This document shows, piece after piece, positions 1 through 9,666 of a stretch of 54,909 nt of DNA; positions within the stretch are counted from its first letter, which is position 1; each line of letters begins with the position of its first letter. Position numbers and translations under genes: made by a program. Origin of the DNA: Flavobacteriaceae bacterium (GTDB lineage Bacteria > Bacteroidota > Bacteroidia > Flavobacteriales > Flavobacteriaceae). The DNA lies in the NCBI GenBank assembly GCA_020627885.1, contig JAHDGB010000001.1:1-54909 (forward strand). The letters run 5' to 3'. The notes beneath the pieces were generated by a model. That model searched no databases. It worked only from the letters and a program-made list of their open reading frames with translations, and was not told the DNA's origin.

Positions 1-3000
1 GCACAACTACGTACTCCCATTCAGTTTCTCCATTATTTGCTGTCCATGATATATCAGCACTTGTATCTGTTATGTTAGTAGCTGTAATTCCACTTGGTGG
101 TGCACAAGTTTCAGCTGCTGAACATGATCTGACATTAATTTGGTCTATTGCTATGTCTCCAGTAATATTAGTACCATCGCCACCATAAGCAAACTCTATA
201 TATATAGCTTCACCTAAATACGCATCTAAATTTACTCCCACTGCAGCCCACTCATCTGCATCTACACCTTGCAATTGTCCTTCCCACGAAAACACGTTTG
301 TAAACGGTCCTGTTGCAGAAGTAGACACACCAATATTTAAAGTTCCTGTTGCTGCACCATATGCATGCAAATAAAAAGATAATTCTGCACTATCTATATT
401 TTCAGAGAAATCGATAACTGGTGTAATAGCAGATGCTATATTTGTTTGGTTATTAGATGCCTCATATTCTAAATGCACTCCTGGGTTTCCATCCCATGAG
501 TTTAATGGCCCTGTATTTGGTGAGTTATCATTTGGATTTGTAATTCTCCAATTCCCTGTTGTAATATGACCGTTAAATCCAGTACCTGTCCAACCGGTTG
601 GATCTGTGTTTTCAGTAGTTCCAAAAGTTTCTATAAATACAACTGCTTCTGTTCCGTTAGAACCACAATTAACGCCAACTGGCTCTGCCGGAGGCAGTTT
701 TAAAGTTGTAAAAGATATTGGCCCTACCCAATTACTAAATCCGCCATTTAAACAATTAGCTCTTACATAGACTTCATATTCTGTTGAAGGATTCAATCCT
801 GTTACACTTGTATTAGTTGCTGTAACTGCTGTACCAGAACTTGTCGGTATCCCAGTCCCTATTGGTTGAACAACATATTCCCAATTCGATTCACTGCCAC
901 CTGCATTCCATGAAACATCAGCACTTACGGCAATAATATTAGATGCAGATAAGTTTGTAGGGGCTAAACAAAAATCGCCACAAGATTCGATCTTAATAGC
1001 ATCGATAGCAATATCTCCTGTACTAGCTGTCCCGTTTCCACTATAAGAAAATTCAATAAAAATTGTTTGCCCTATGTAACTGTCTAAATTTACTCCAACA
1101 GATACCCAATCTTCTTCTTCACTAGTCTGTAAATTTCCTGTCCATGAATAAGCTGTTGTAAATGGTCCACTAGCAGAAGTAGAAACACCTATATTTAATG
1201 TCCCAATAGCTGGGCCAAAAGCATGCATATAGAATGACAACTCAGCGCCATCTGCTGCGTTAGATAAATTTATTGCTGGCGTTATGGCAGACGCAACATT
1301 AGTTGAGCTTCCAGATGATTCATATTCTAAATGCACACCTTCATTACCATCCCATGTATTTAATGGTCCTGTTCCTGTTGTGTTTGCTCCTGGTTTTGTA
1401 ATTTGCCAATTTCCATTAGCTGCATTACCATTAAATCCTGTCCCTGTCCAACCTGAAGGCGCTACGTTTTGAGTAATCCCAAAACCTTCTTCAAAAGCTA
1501 TTGATGCGCTTCCAGTAGAACAAGTAACTCCTACTGGAACTGGTGGAGGGCCTAAAGTTGTAAACGTTATTGGTCCCGCCCATTCACTAAATCCATCAGT
1601 CAAACAATTCGCTCTTACATAGACTTCATATTCCGTTGTAGCGTTTAAACCAGTGGTATTCACATTATCTGCAGTTGTAGCTGTTCCTGAACTTGTTGGT
1701 ATCCCTGTTCCTACTGGTTGTATTACATACTCCCAATTAGACTCCCCTGCATTTGAAGTCCACGATACATTTGCGCTATTAATTGTTATATTACTCGCTA
1801 TTATGTTACTTGGAGCAGTACAAGAAACAATACACGATTCTATTTTTATTTGATCTATAGCTATATCTGCTTCAGCATTTGTACCTGTCCCACTATATGA
1901 AAACTCAATATATATTGTTTCCCCAATCTTATTATCTATATTAATTCCTACTGGAACCCATGCCTCTGCGTCTGTTAGTTGTAATTCTCCTGTCCATGCG
2001 TATATTGTATCAAAAGGCCCAGTTTGTGATGAAGACACACCGACATTAAGTGTTCCTATTGAATCCCCAAAAGCATGCATATAAAAAGATAATTCTGCAC
2101 TTCCAGAAGAAGATGTTAAATCAATAGCCGGAGTAATTGCTGAGGCCACATTTGTAGAATTTCCAGATCCTTCATATTCTAAATGCGCTCCAGGGTTAGA
2201 ATCCCACGAATCAGATGGGCCTGTATTTGCGGTATTAGCATTTGAAAGAGTAATTCTCCAATCTCCATTTATTAAATTTCCTTTGAATTCTGTTCCTGTC
2301 CATCCAGCTGGCACTGTATTCTCTGAAAGACCAAATTCTTCAGTAAATATATCTGTTAAAACTCCTGAAGAACAACTAACTCCTACTGGAGCTGGGGGTG
2401 GCATTTTTGCTGTTTTAAAATTCACAGGGCCATGCCACAAACTAAACCCATTAGATTCACAATTTGATCTAACATACACCTCGTAATCTGTATCTGCAGT
2501 TAAAACCGATAAGGTTGCATTTGTTACTGTTGTTGAAGTCCCATTCCCTGTAGGGCTTCCTATTCCTTGTGGCTGAACAATATATTCCCAACTCGTTTCA
2601 GAGCCATTAGACGTCCAGGAAATATCTGCCGTTATGGCTGTTATGTTATTAACTACAATATCGCTAGGGGCTATGCATACATTTCCACAAGCCTCCACTT
2701 TTATATTATCTAAAGCAATATCACCAGTATCTGCTGTACCAGTGGCATTATAAGAAAACTCTATATAAATTGTCTGCCCCATATAGGCATCCAAATCGAT
2801 ACCAACTGGCACCCATGCTTCTGCATCTGATCGTTGTAGTTCTCCATTCCATGTAAATACATTAGTAAAAGTCCCAGTAGACGAAGTAGATACACCAACA
2901 TTTAATGTCCCTATAGCTGTTCCATAGGCATGCATAAAAAATGATAATTCTGCACCATCTACTGCTGATCTCATATCAATAGCTGGTGTAATTGCTTTCG

Positions 3001-3538
3001 CTACAGTTGTTGCATTCCCTGAAGCATCATATTCTAAATGGATTCCATTTGCTGTTCCATCGCTTGAAGTTAATGGTCCTGTATTTGGTGTATTTACACC
3101 TGCTTGAGTAATTGCCCAATTTCCACCATTATTTGTTGTGCCATCAAAACCTGTTCCTGTCCATCCAAAAGGAGCAACCTTTTCTTCATTTCCAAAATTC
3201 TCATCGAATATCACTGTAGATAATCCTGTGGTACAAGTTACCCCAACAGGAGGGTTTGGTGGTGTTCTTGAAGTCGTAAAATTTATTGGCCCAACCCAAT
3301 TACTGTAACCACCAATTAAACAATTAGCTCTTACGTATACTTCGTATGTTGTTTCTGCGGTTAACCCCGTTGAATTATATGACGTTACTGTAGTTTCATT
3401 CCCTGTAGTAGTTGGTATTCCAGTTCCTGCTGTTTGAACAACGGTTTCCCAAACTGGCTCTGTACCCCCTGCTTCCCAATTAATATCTGCTGAATTATGG
3501 GTTATATTCGAAATTGTAATATTTGTAATGTCTGGACA
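1..3538 (-). repeat. Tandem in-frame coding repeat with a period of 852-864 nt (about 285 aa, one FN3 plus one MAM module). Units start on the minus strand at 3538, 2677, 1822, 970 and 106, and the last is truncated.
   Basis: The Cys codon that opens each FN3 module is in frame at those five coordinates. An identical 20-mer, ataaaaagataattctgcac, occurs at 371-390 and 2081-2100, with near copies near 1230 and 2935. The string tcatattctaaatgc recurs near 462, 1320 and 2172. Confidence 0.8.
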
Positions 3539-4135
3539 TGTTGGAGGGCCTTGAGATGTAGATGATAAAGTTGGTGAGCTCATACAAAAACCTGCAGCCC
3601 ATTGGTCACCATCATAATAGACAATACGGTATTTAAACCCTGTTAATTGTGAAACACTAAAGTTTTCAATGTTTAAAAAATCAGATTCAAAAGACACGAA
3701 AGATCCATTACAAAAATTAGAACTTGGGGCTCCTGGTGTTGAAGCCTCTATTGCATTACCCCAATTGATCCAAGTATTAGTATCTGCATTCCAATACTGC
3801 AACGCTATACTATCATTTACAGACTCCCATTTAAAAACGTATGTCGATTTAATTATTAAATAATTCTCTCCTGCTGTACGAGCTGAAGATATATCGATAA
3901 CTGGAGACTCTGCTGCTATTTTATCTTTTTCGTCTTGACCAGCTTCATTATCATCATAACCAAAATTAGAACCTGTTGTTGGATTGCCAATAAGAATCGC
4001 CGAGTTTGTACTAAATTCTCCTGCAACTGTTAAAGCCCAAGATGTATTTGGCCAATTTGCTGGCTCATTTACTGCCTGTGAAAAAATGTGTTGGTATACG
4101 GAAAATAGAAGTAGGGATAAAACTATCTTTTTCAT
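1..4135 (-). CDS. Large secreted surface protein with its 3' end cut by the window edge. It has a signal peptide, a unique N-terminal domain of about 200 aa, then at least 4.3 tandem [fibronectin type III + MAM] modules.
   Basis: Absent from the supplied ORF track because there is no stop inside the window. Hand translation of the minus strand from ATG 4135..4133 (MKKIVLSLLLFSVYQHIFSQAVNEP...) stays open to position 2, with frame confirmed at 3538, 2677, 1822, 1228, 970, 367, 106 and 4. An FN3-like pattern (C-x-P-x-I..SADISW...EYEVYVRANC..G.S.W.GP..FTT) alternates with a MAM-like pattern (GWTGTGF..W.I....NTGP...DG..G.HLEYE.SG....A.AITPAI....AELSFYMHAFG..IGTLNVGVS....GDIAIDxIKIEsC). Confidence 0.85.
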   Translation of the reverse strand, partial: MKKIVLSLLLFSVYQHIFSQAVNEPANWPNTSWALTVAGEFSTNSAILIGNPTTGSNFGYDDNEAGQDEKDKIAAESPVIDISSARTAGENYLIIKSTYVFKWESVNDSIALQYWNADTNTWINWGNAIEASTPGAPSSNFCNGSFVSFESDFLNIENFSVSQLTGFKYRIVYYDGDQWAAGFCMSSPTLSSTSQGPPTCPDITNITISNITHNSADINWEAGGTEPVWETVVQTAGTGIPTTTGNETTVTSYNSTGLTAETTYEVYVRANCLIGGYSNWVGPINFTTSRTPPNPPVGVTCTTGLSTVIFDENFGNEEKVAPFGWTGTGFDGTTNNGGNWAITQAGVNTPNTGPLTSSDGTANGIHLEYDASGNATTVAKAITPAIDMRSAVDGAELSFFMHAYGTAIGTLNVGVSTSSTGTFTNVFTWNGELQRSDAEAWVPVGIDLDAYMGQTIYIEFSYNATGTADTGDIALDNIKVEACGNVCIAPSDIVVNNITAITADISWTSNGSETSWEYIVQPQGIGSPTGNGTSTTVTNATLSVLTADTDYEVYVRSNCESNGFSLWHGPVNFKTAKMPPPAPVGVSCSSGVLTDIFTEEFGLSENTVPAGWTGTEFKGNLINGDWRITLSNANTANTGPSDSWDSNPGAHLEYEGSGNSTNVASAITPAIDLTSSSGSAELSFYMHAFGDSIGTLNVGVSSSQTGPFDTIYAWTGELQLTDAEAWVPVGINIDNKIGETIYIEFSYSGTGTNAEADIAIDQIKIESCIVSCTAPSNIIASNITINSANVSWTSNAGESNWEYVIQPVGTGIPTSSGTATTADNVNTTGLNATTEYEVYVRANCLTDGFSEWAGPITFTTLGPPPVPVGVTCSTGSASIAFEEGFGITQNVAPSGWTGTGFNGNAANGNWQITKPGANTTGTGPLNTWDGNEGVHLEYESSGSSTNVASAITPAINLSNAADGAELSFYMHAFGPAIGTLNIGVSTSASGPFTTAYSWTGNLQTSEEEDWVSVGVNLDSYIGQTIFIEFSYSGNGTASTGDIAIDAIKIESCGDFCLAPTNLSASNIIAVSADVSWNAGGSESNWEYVVQPIGTGIPTSSGTAVTATNTSVTGLNPSTEYEVYVRANCLNGGFSNWVGPISFTTLKLPPAEPVGVNCGSNGTEAVVFIETFGTTENTDPTGWTGTGFNGHITTGNWRITNPNDNSPNTGPLNSWDGNPGVHLEYEASNNQTNIASAITPVIDFSENIDSAELSFYLHAYGAATGTLNIGVSTSATGPFTNVFSWEGQLQGVDADEWAAVGVNLDAYLGEAIYIEFAYGGDGTNITGDIAIDQINVRSCSAAETCAPPSGITATNITDTSADISWTANNGETEWEYVVV

Positions 4136-4297
4136 TTTTTTTTGGGTTGTTAATCAATTAGGCGACTAAGCTAAATAAAATAATCATTGATAGCCCACTA
4201 ATACCAGTATAATAGACTAAATCATATAAATTCCCGATTAAAAGATTAAAAAAACAAAGAATTGTTCATTACTTGTTGAAAAAAATATTTTTTTTAC

Positions 4298-4340
4298 AAA
4301 AAACTCAGTAAATAATGAGTTTTTGCTAAAAAAATAGCAA
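4298..4340 (-). terminator. Two adjacent AT-rich hairpins downstream of the aldo-keto reductase gene, a putative intrinsic terminator
   Basis: The pairs are aaaaactca/tgagttttt (4298-4324) and ttgcta/tagcaa (4323-4340), flanked by A/T runs. The stems are weak (few GC pairs). Confidence 0.35.
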
Positions 4341-4350
4341 AAAAACACAA

Positions 4351-5388
4351 TTAAACAGAAGGATTCGGAATCTCTTCATGTATTTTATCTATTTTTTTAA
4401 GAATATCTTTATCAAGTTTTAAATATATGCTATTGATGTTCTCTTTTAATTGTGTTATTGATGTCGCTCCTATAATATTACTAGTAACAAATTCTTTATT
4501 ACTAACAAATGCCAATGCCATTTGAGCTAAAGATATATTATTATCTTCTGCTAATTTTAAATATTTTTTTGTAGCAATGGTTGAAGACTCACTGCTATAT
4601 CTTGAAAATCTCGGAAATAGTTTTAATCTAGAATTTTCTAACGCAGTATTTTTAATATATTTTCCAGACAAAACACCAAAAGCCATTGGAGAATATGCCA
4701 ATAATCCTATATTTTCTCTAATAGACACTTCTGCCATATCCCCTTCAAAAGCTCTATTGATTAAAGAATATGCATTTTGAACAGTTATTGGTCTAGATAA
4801 ATTATTTTTTTTAGACTCATATATGTAGCGCATTGTCCCCCAGGCTTTTTCATTCGAAATTCCTACATTTCGAATTCGACCTTTCTTCACTTCATTATCT
4901 AAATTTTCTAAAACAGTTTTAAAATTATCTTCCCATCTATCTTTCTCATTATGCTTATAATCTCTAATTCCAAATGTATTAGTTCCTCGTTCTGGCCAAT
5001 GTAATTGATATAAGTCTATATAATCGGTTTGTAATCTTTTTAATTCTAAATCTATAGCCTCTTCAATACTATTTCCTTTGAACCCAGATGTTCTTATATG
5101 TGCAGTGTAATCGCCCGGTCCAGCAATTTTAGAAGCCAAAATAATTTTATTTCTATGTCCCGTTTTTTTTAACCAATTCCCTATAATTTTACTCGTTCTT
5201 CCTTGTGTTTCTGCAGTTGCTGGCACAGGATATAACTCGGCAGTATCTACAAAATTAACACCGTTTTCGAAAGCATAATCTAATTGTTCATGACCTTCTT
5301 CTTCTGTATTTTGGTTGCCCCATGTCATAGATCCTAAACATATTTTACTTACTTTAATATCTGTATTGGGTAGTATATTATATTCCAT
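4351..5388 (-). CDS. NADP(H)-dependent aldo-keto reductase, Tas-like
   Basis: 345-aa ORF. The N-terminus MEYNILPNTDIKVSKICLGSMTWGNQNTEEEGHEQLDYAFENGVNFVDTAELYPVP parallels Tas-type AKRs, and AKR active-site contexts DTAELY, ASK and QLHWP are present. Confidence 0.85.
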   Translation of the reverse strand: MEYNILPNTDIKVSKICLGSMTWGNQNTEEEGHEQLDYAFENGVNFVDTAELYPVPATAETQGRTSKIIGNWLKKTGHRNKIILASKIAGPGDYTAHIRTSGFKGNSIEEAIDLELKRLQTDYIDLYQLHWPERGTNTFGIRDYKHNEKDRWEDNFKTVLENLDNEVKKGRIRNVGISNEKAWGTMRYIYESKKNNLSRPITVQNAYSLINRAFEGDMAEVSIRENIGLLAYSPMAFGVLSGKYIKNTALENSRLKLFPRFSRYSSESSTIATKKYLKLAEDNNISLAQMALAFVSNKEFVTSNIIGATSITQLKENINSIYLKLDKDILKKIDKIHEEIPNPSV

Positions 5389-5435
5389 CTTAATCTATGC
5401 TAATAAGTGTTATATTTCAAATTTTGTTTAAATAT

Positions 5436-5471
5436 AAAAAGACCTTCCATGTTTTATAACATGAAAGGTCT
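5436..5471 (-). terminator. Rho-independent terminator after the OMP gene
   Basis: Hairpin agaccttccatgtt (5440-5453) / aacatgaaaggtct (5458-5471) pairs 13 of 14 bp with a 4-nt loop. On the minus strand it is followed by a T-run (plus-strand aaaaa at 5436-5440). Confidence 0.55.
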
Positions 5472-5498
5472 AAATATTTTATTTGAATTAAATTTATT

Positions 5499-6446
5499 TT
5501 AGAATGAGTAACTCAATCCTAATAACCAATAAGTTTGTAATTTATTATCTATATTTTCAAACGAAGGAACATCAGCAGCTGGTATAGCTGTTAAATCGGC
5601 TATTTGACTTTGTGCATAATTAACAGTTTCTTGTTTATTATCTCTTAAACCAACATCAAAGCCAATTCCAATTTTTTTCCATAGCATATATGAAAATGAG
5701 TTTATCCACGTCCAGTTAGATAAGTTTGAGCTTTTATAACTCTGAAACATTGACAGGTTAGACTTAAAACTTATTGCTCCTATTTGTCTTGTATAATCTG
5801 CTACAATTTTTGCCCCCAATGAAGATTCAAATACAGTATCTCCTTTACTAAACACAAAATTGTAATTTAATGGGTGTATTACTACCACCAAGTTTTGAAT
5901 AGGCGTCCAAGTGGCTCCCACACCAAAATCTAAGTATCCAGGATCGTTAAAGTTATCAATTATTGTTGTTCTATACTCTGCTAAAGCAGATATCGCCCAT
6001 TTTTCGCTTAATTTTCTACCATACAATGATGAAATATTAAACACATCTGTAGTTTGTTCAAAATCTTTACTATCTATAGGATTATCTTTATTATCTAATT
6101 TAACCCATCCTAAATTAATGTTAGCTGAATTTCTCCAGAAAAACTTTTCTTGATTTAAGTTTGCAAAACCATTTACTGTGAAACCTATATTTCCAGAAGA
6201 ATTGTTTGCTGCTGCCTGAGAATACCAGTTATTAAATTCAGATATACTACCTCCAATTGTACCAAAAGCGCCTTTTGTCCACCCTGGAAGGGCATCTATT
6301 TTTGCTTGAATAGCATTTGCCTCAGCTTGTAATGCATCTGCTTCTGCTTGCTTTTCGGCTTTTTGAGTTTTAAGTTCTTCTTTAGTCTGAGCATTAATCG
6401 TTGTCAAACCTAAACAGAAAGCAACAGATAATATTATTTTTTTCAT
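5499..6446 (-). CDS. Putative outer-membrane beta-barrel protein (DUF3078-like) with an N-terminal A/Q/E-rich coiled coil
   Basis: 315 aa. Signal peptide MKKIILSVAFCLGLTTINAQ, then coiled coil AEKQAEADALQAEANAIQAKIDAL. The body has alternating beta-strand-like sequence and ends in the OMP-type signal LGLSYSF. Confidence 0.5.
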   Translation of the reverse strand: MKKIILSVAFCLGLTTINAQTKEELKTQKAEKQAEADALQAEANAIQAKIDALPGWTKGAFGTIGGSISEFNNWYSQAAANNSSGNIGFTVNGFANLNQEKFFWRNSANINLGWVKLDNKDNPIDSKDFEQTTDVFNISSLYGRKLSEKWAISALAEYRTTIIDNFNDPGYLDFGVGATWTPIQNLVVVIHPLNYNFVFSKGDTVFESSLGAKIVADYTRQIGAISFKSNLSMFQSYKSSNLSNWTWINSFSYMLWKKIGIGFDVGLRDNKQETVNYAQSQIADLTAIPAADVPSFENIDNKLQTYWLLGLSYSF

Positions 6447-6470
6447 ATTGTTTGTTTATTTTTATTGAAG

Positions 6471-6478
6471 CAAAAATA
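6471..6478 (-). promoter_or_regulatory. Bacteroidota-type -7 promoter box (TATTTTTG on the minus strand)
   Basis: Perfect TAnnTTTG match 25 nt upstream of ATG 6446. Confidence 0.4.
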
Positions 6479-6557
6479 TGTTAAAATCCTATCTTGAAAC
6501 TGAAAATCACAAAAATTTAAACAAAATAATAGATAAAACGATCATTTTTGTCGACGA

Positions 6558-7061
6558 TTAACGTTTATATAATGGAACCGAAGAACAGGCCTCTCCAAAC
6601 ATAATTGACTTAACGATTGGTTTTATTTTATTAGAAATCATAATATAAGCTGCCTCAGGAATCTGCTTTTTTGTGCACCCTTTTATTATTACTGGTCTAT
6701 CTTTATATGGCGAAATATCAAATTCATTAATACTGTTCTGGTACAATGCAATTTCAAGATCTCTCAGACTTCCCAAAACGGTATATTTAGCATAGGGCTG
6801 AAGTTCTAATGCAACTAACATGTATGCCCAAGCTGGAATAATCGCATCAGATGAACATATAACAGCTATATATTTATTCTCATACTGTGACCAATCATGA
6901 GATTTAACATAGGCTCTAAATTCTTTTTCACGTAGCACTAAACCTTCATATAACCATTCTTTAACATCGAGGAGCACACGACTCCCTTCTAGGTATAAAT
7001 CTTCAAGATCTATAACCTTTAATTTACTATTTGCTACTCGATTTAGTATTTCGTCTGCCAC
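6558..7061 (-). CDS. DUF2480-like protein, the last gene of the suf cluster
   Basis: 167-aa ORF co-directional with and directly downstream of the suf genes. The sequence (MADEILNRVANSKLKVIDLEDLYLEG...) resembles the flavobacterial DUF2480 family as I recall it. Confidence 0.5.
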   Translation of the reverse strand: MADEILNRVANSKLKVIDLEDLYLEGSRVLLDVKEWLYEGLVLREKEFRAYVKSHDWSQYENKYIAVICSSDAIIPAWAYMLVALELQPYAKYTVLGSLRDLEIALYQNSINEFDISPYKDRPVIIKGCTKKQIPEAAYIMISNKIKPIVKSIMFGEACSSVPLYKR

Positions 7062-7101
7062 ACTATTACTCTTTTTTATATTTTTTTAGTAAAGATCAAA
7101 A

Positions 7102-7428
7102 TTAAAGCATTCCTAATTCTAATTTTGCCTCTTCACTCATTAACTCTTGAGTCCATGGCGGATCGAATGTAATCTCTACCTCTGCGTCTTTAACTTCTTT
7201 TAATGATTTAACTTTTTCTTCAACCTCTAAAGGAAGTGTTTCTGCTACGGGGCAATTAGGGGTTGTTAATGTCATTAAAACCTTAACTTCACGATCTTCA
7301 TTTACAAAAACATCGTAAATTAATCCTAATTCATAGATATCTACCGGAATCTCAGGATCGAATATTGTTTTTAACACTCTAACTATTTTCTCTCCTAATT
7401 CGTTTGCGTTTATTTCTATATCACTCAT
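7102..7428 (-). CDS. DUF59/SufT-like Fe-S cluster assembly protein
   Basis: 108 aa with the conserved DUF59 motif LTTPNCPVAE. Its start overlaps the sufE stop by 8 nt. Confidence 0.75.
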   Translation of the reverse strand: MSDIEINANELGEKIVRVLKTIFDPEIPVDIYELGLIYDVFVNEDREVKVLMTLTTPNCPVAETLPLEVEEKVKSLKEVKDAEVEITFDPPWTQELMSEEAKLELGML

Positions 7429-7852
7429 TTTTTAATTGTGTTTGGTAGGCAATAGCATACATTTTTAATTGCTTAATCATACTCACTAATCCATTAGCTC
7501 GAGTTAATGATAAATGCTCTTTAAGTCCAATTTTATCAATAAAATCTGTATTAGCTTCAATGATTGCTTTTGGACTTTGATTTGAAAAAACGCGAACTAA
7601 AATTGCTATAATTCCTTTGGTAATAATTGCATCACTATCTGCAGTAAAAACCACTTTTCCATTATTCATTTCAGCATGAACCCATACCTTACTTTGACAA
7701 CCTTTTATTATATTATCGTCATTTTTATATTGTTCTTCTATAATTGGTAATGACTTACCTAAGTCAATCATATACTGATAACGTTCTTCCCAATCGTCAA
7801 ACATAGAAAACTCATCTATTACTTCCTCTTGGGCAGATATAATGGTTTGCAT
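7421..7852 (-). CDS. sufE: Cysteine desulfuration protein SufE
   Basis: 143 aa with the SufE family active-site context IIKGCQSKVWV. Operon context follows sufS. Confidence 0.8.
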   Translation of the reverse strand: MQTIISAQEEVIDEFSMFDDWEERYQYMIDLGKSLPIIEEQYKNDDNIIKGCQSKVWVHAEMNNGKVVFTADSDAIITKGIIAILVRVFSNQSPKAIIEANTDFIDKIGLKEHLSLTRANGLVSMIKQLKMYAIAYQTQLKNE

Positions 7853-7854
7853 TT

Positions 7855-8334
7855 TTAATTTTTCTTAGTTATTGCTGTTAAAATATGATCTATTATACTT
7901 GCCAATTTAATATGTGGGTTACCAGCATCAAAAGTAACTGTAGAGTAGGTTTTATCTTGTTTCGTTATTTTTAATCTAGCCATTGGCTTAGCATCATATG
8001 TATGTGTTTTACTAGGTGCTTCTAATTCTGGTATTTCATTTAAGTTAATAGCTTCAATTTCTTTCATTAAATTAGCCCATAATGCTTTATCGCAAGGTTT
8101 TGTTTCAAACTCGCCGTCATGCTTAAACTTACCATAAACGGTTTCTGAAGTAATTTTTATTAGCTTGTGGTAACCCCTACTATTTTCTTTATATTCAATC
8201 ACCATATCATTTTGAATATTTTCAACGTCTTTATTTATAGACACTTCTTCTTTAACGGTATTAGTTACTGATTTTTTAGCCCCTCCACAAGCATTTATAA
8301 ATGTTACTACTGTTAATATCATTAAAAATTTCAT
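7855..8334 (-). CDS. Lipoprotein of unknown function embedded between sufS and sufE
   Basis: 159 aa with lipobox MKFLMILTVVTFINACGG. There is a 2-nt gap to the sufE start and a 57-nt gap from the sufS stop. Confidence 0.6.
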   Translation of the reverse strand: MKFLMILTVVTFINACGGAKKSVTNTVKEEVSINKDVENIQNDMVIEYKENSRGYHKLIKITSETVYGKFKHDGEFETKPCDKALWANLMKEIEAINLNEIPELEAPSKTHTYDAKPMARLKITKQDKTYSTVTFDAGNPHIKLASIIDHILTAITKKN

Positions 8335-8391
8335 ATCAATATTTTATTATGTGTTAATCGTTTATAATATTACAAAAAAGATACCAAAACA

Positions 8392-9666
8392 TTATGATAA
8401 CATTAATTTTGCTTTTTTTACTCCGCTTACTAAAGCATCTATTTCTTCTTTAGTGTTATAAAATGAAAAAGAGGCTCTTATTGTTCCTGGTATTTTGTAA
8501 TAGTCCATAATGGGTTGCGCACAATGATGACCAGTCCTAACTGCTATTCCCATTTTATCTAATAAAGTTCCCACATCATAGGGATGAATACCTTTTAAAT
8601 TAAACGATATAACCGATGTTTTATTTTTTGCCTCACCATATATAGTCAAACCTTCTATTTCTAAAAGCTCTTTTGTTGCATACTGTAAAAGCTCAATTTC
8701 ATAATTTTCTATAGTTTTAAACCCTATATTATTAATATAGTCAATTGCTGCTCCAAAAGCAATACCTCCGCATATATTTGGTGTTCCGGCTTCAAACTTA
8801 TGAGGTAAAGTAGCGTAAGTCGTTTTTTCAAAAGAAACTGTAGCAATCATTTCACCTCCTCCTTGATAAGGCGGTAACATATTTAACCATTTTTCTTTTC
8901 CATATAATACACCTACACCTGTTGGTCCATAAATTTTATGAGCGGAAGCTACATAAAAATCAACCCCCAATTCTTGAACATCTGGTTTTATATGTGGGCA
9001 AGCTTGAGCTCCATCTACCAAAACAGCCGCACCCACATGGTGAGCTTTATCTATGATTGTTTTTATAGGGTTTATAGTTCCTAATGCATTAGAAACATGG
9101 TTAACAAATACCAATTTTGTTTTTTCTGAAAGTAATTTATCATATTGGTCTACAACCAATTCTCCTTCCTGATTCATTGGTATTACTTTTAAAATTGCCC
9201 CAGTTTTTTCACAAAGCATTTGCCAAGGCACAATGTTGCTATGATGCTCTAAGGCAGAAACAATAACTTCATCTTTTTCTTTTAAGATCTGAGAAAAACC
9301 ACTAGAAATAATATTTATACCATGAGTAGTTCCTGATGTAAATATAATCTCATGCTTTTTCTTGGCATTAAAATGATTCTGAATTTTAGTTCTAGCCTCT
9401 TCATATTTATCTGTCGCTTCTTGACTTAAGGCATGTACTCCTCTATGAATGTTTGAGTTATAACTCGTGTAATAATCTACAATAACATCTATTACTTGTT
9501 TTGGAGTTTGGGAGGTTGCTGCATTATCTAAATAAACTAATTGTTTACCATTTACCTCTCTTTCAAGTATCGGAAAGTCTTTTCTTATGTTTTTTATCTG
9601 AAACATCCTCTTAATATCTTCTTTAATAATCATGCCTTTTAAGGGATTTTTACAGATCAAAGCCAA
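8392..9666 (-). CDS. sufS: Cysteine desulfurase SufS (class V aminotransferase). The true start is probably M21 at 9606.
   Basis: PLP-lysine context SAHKIYGPTG and catalytic Cys context RTGHHCAQP. The longest ORF overlaps the sufD stop (9650), whereas MFQIKNIRKDFPILE is a typical SufS N-terminus. Confidence 0.9.
   Translation of the reverse strand: MALICKNPLKGMIIKEDIKRMFQIKNIRKDFPILEREVNGKQLVYLDNAATSQTPKQVIDVIVDYYTSYNSNIHRGVHALSQEATDKYEEARTKIQNHFNAKKKHEIIFTSGTTHGINIISSGFSQILKEKDEVIVSALEHHSNIVPWQMLCEKTGAILKVIPMNQEGELVVDQYDKLLSEKTKLVFVNHVSNALGTINPIKTIIDKAHHVGAAVLVDGAQACPHIKPDVQELGVDFYVASAHKIYGPTGVGVLYGKEKWLNMLPPYQGGGEMIATVSFEKTTYATLPHKFEAGTPNICGGIAFGAAIDYINNIGFKTIENYEIELLQYATKELLEIEGLTIYGEAKNKTSVISFNLKGIHPYDVGTLLDKMGIAVRTGHHCAQPIMDYYKIPGTIRASFSFYNTKEEIDALVSGVKKAKLMLS

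Noticed and set aside
1-3538. Periodic ~855-nt repetition that might suggest a CRISPR array or satellite
   Set aside because: The period is far too long and the units are diverged and in frame. The repeat is explained entirely by protein-domain duplication.
1284-4169. Six short plus-strand ORFs in the track (1284..1472, 1653..1853, 2283..2486, 3669..3863, 3984..4169 and similar)
   Set aside because: They lie antisense to a continuous 4.1-kb minus-strand reading frame with clear FN3/MAM domain signatures and a signal peptide. Their translations are low-complexity mirror images with no motifs.
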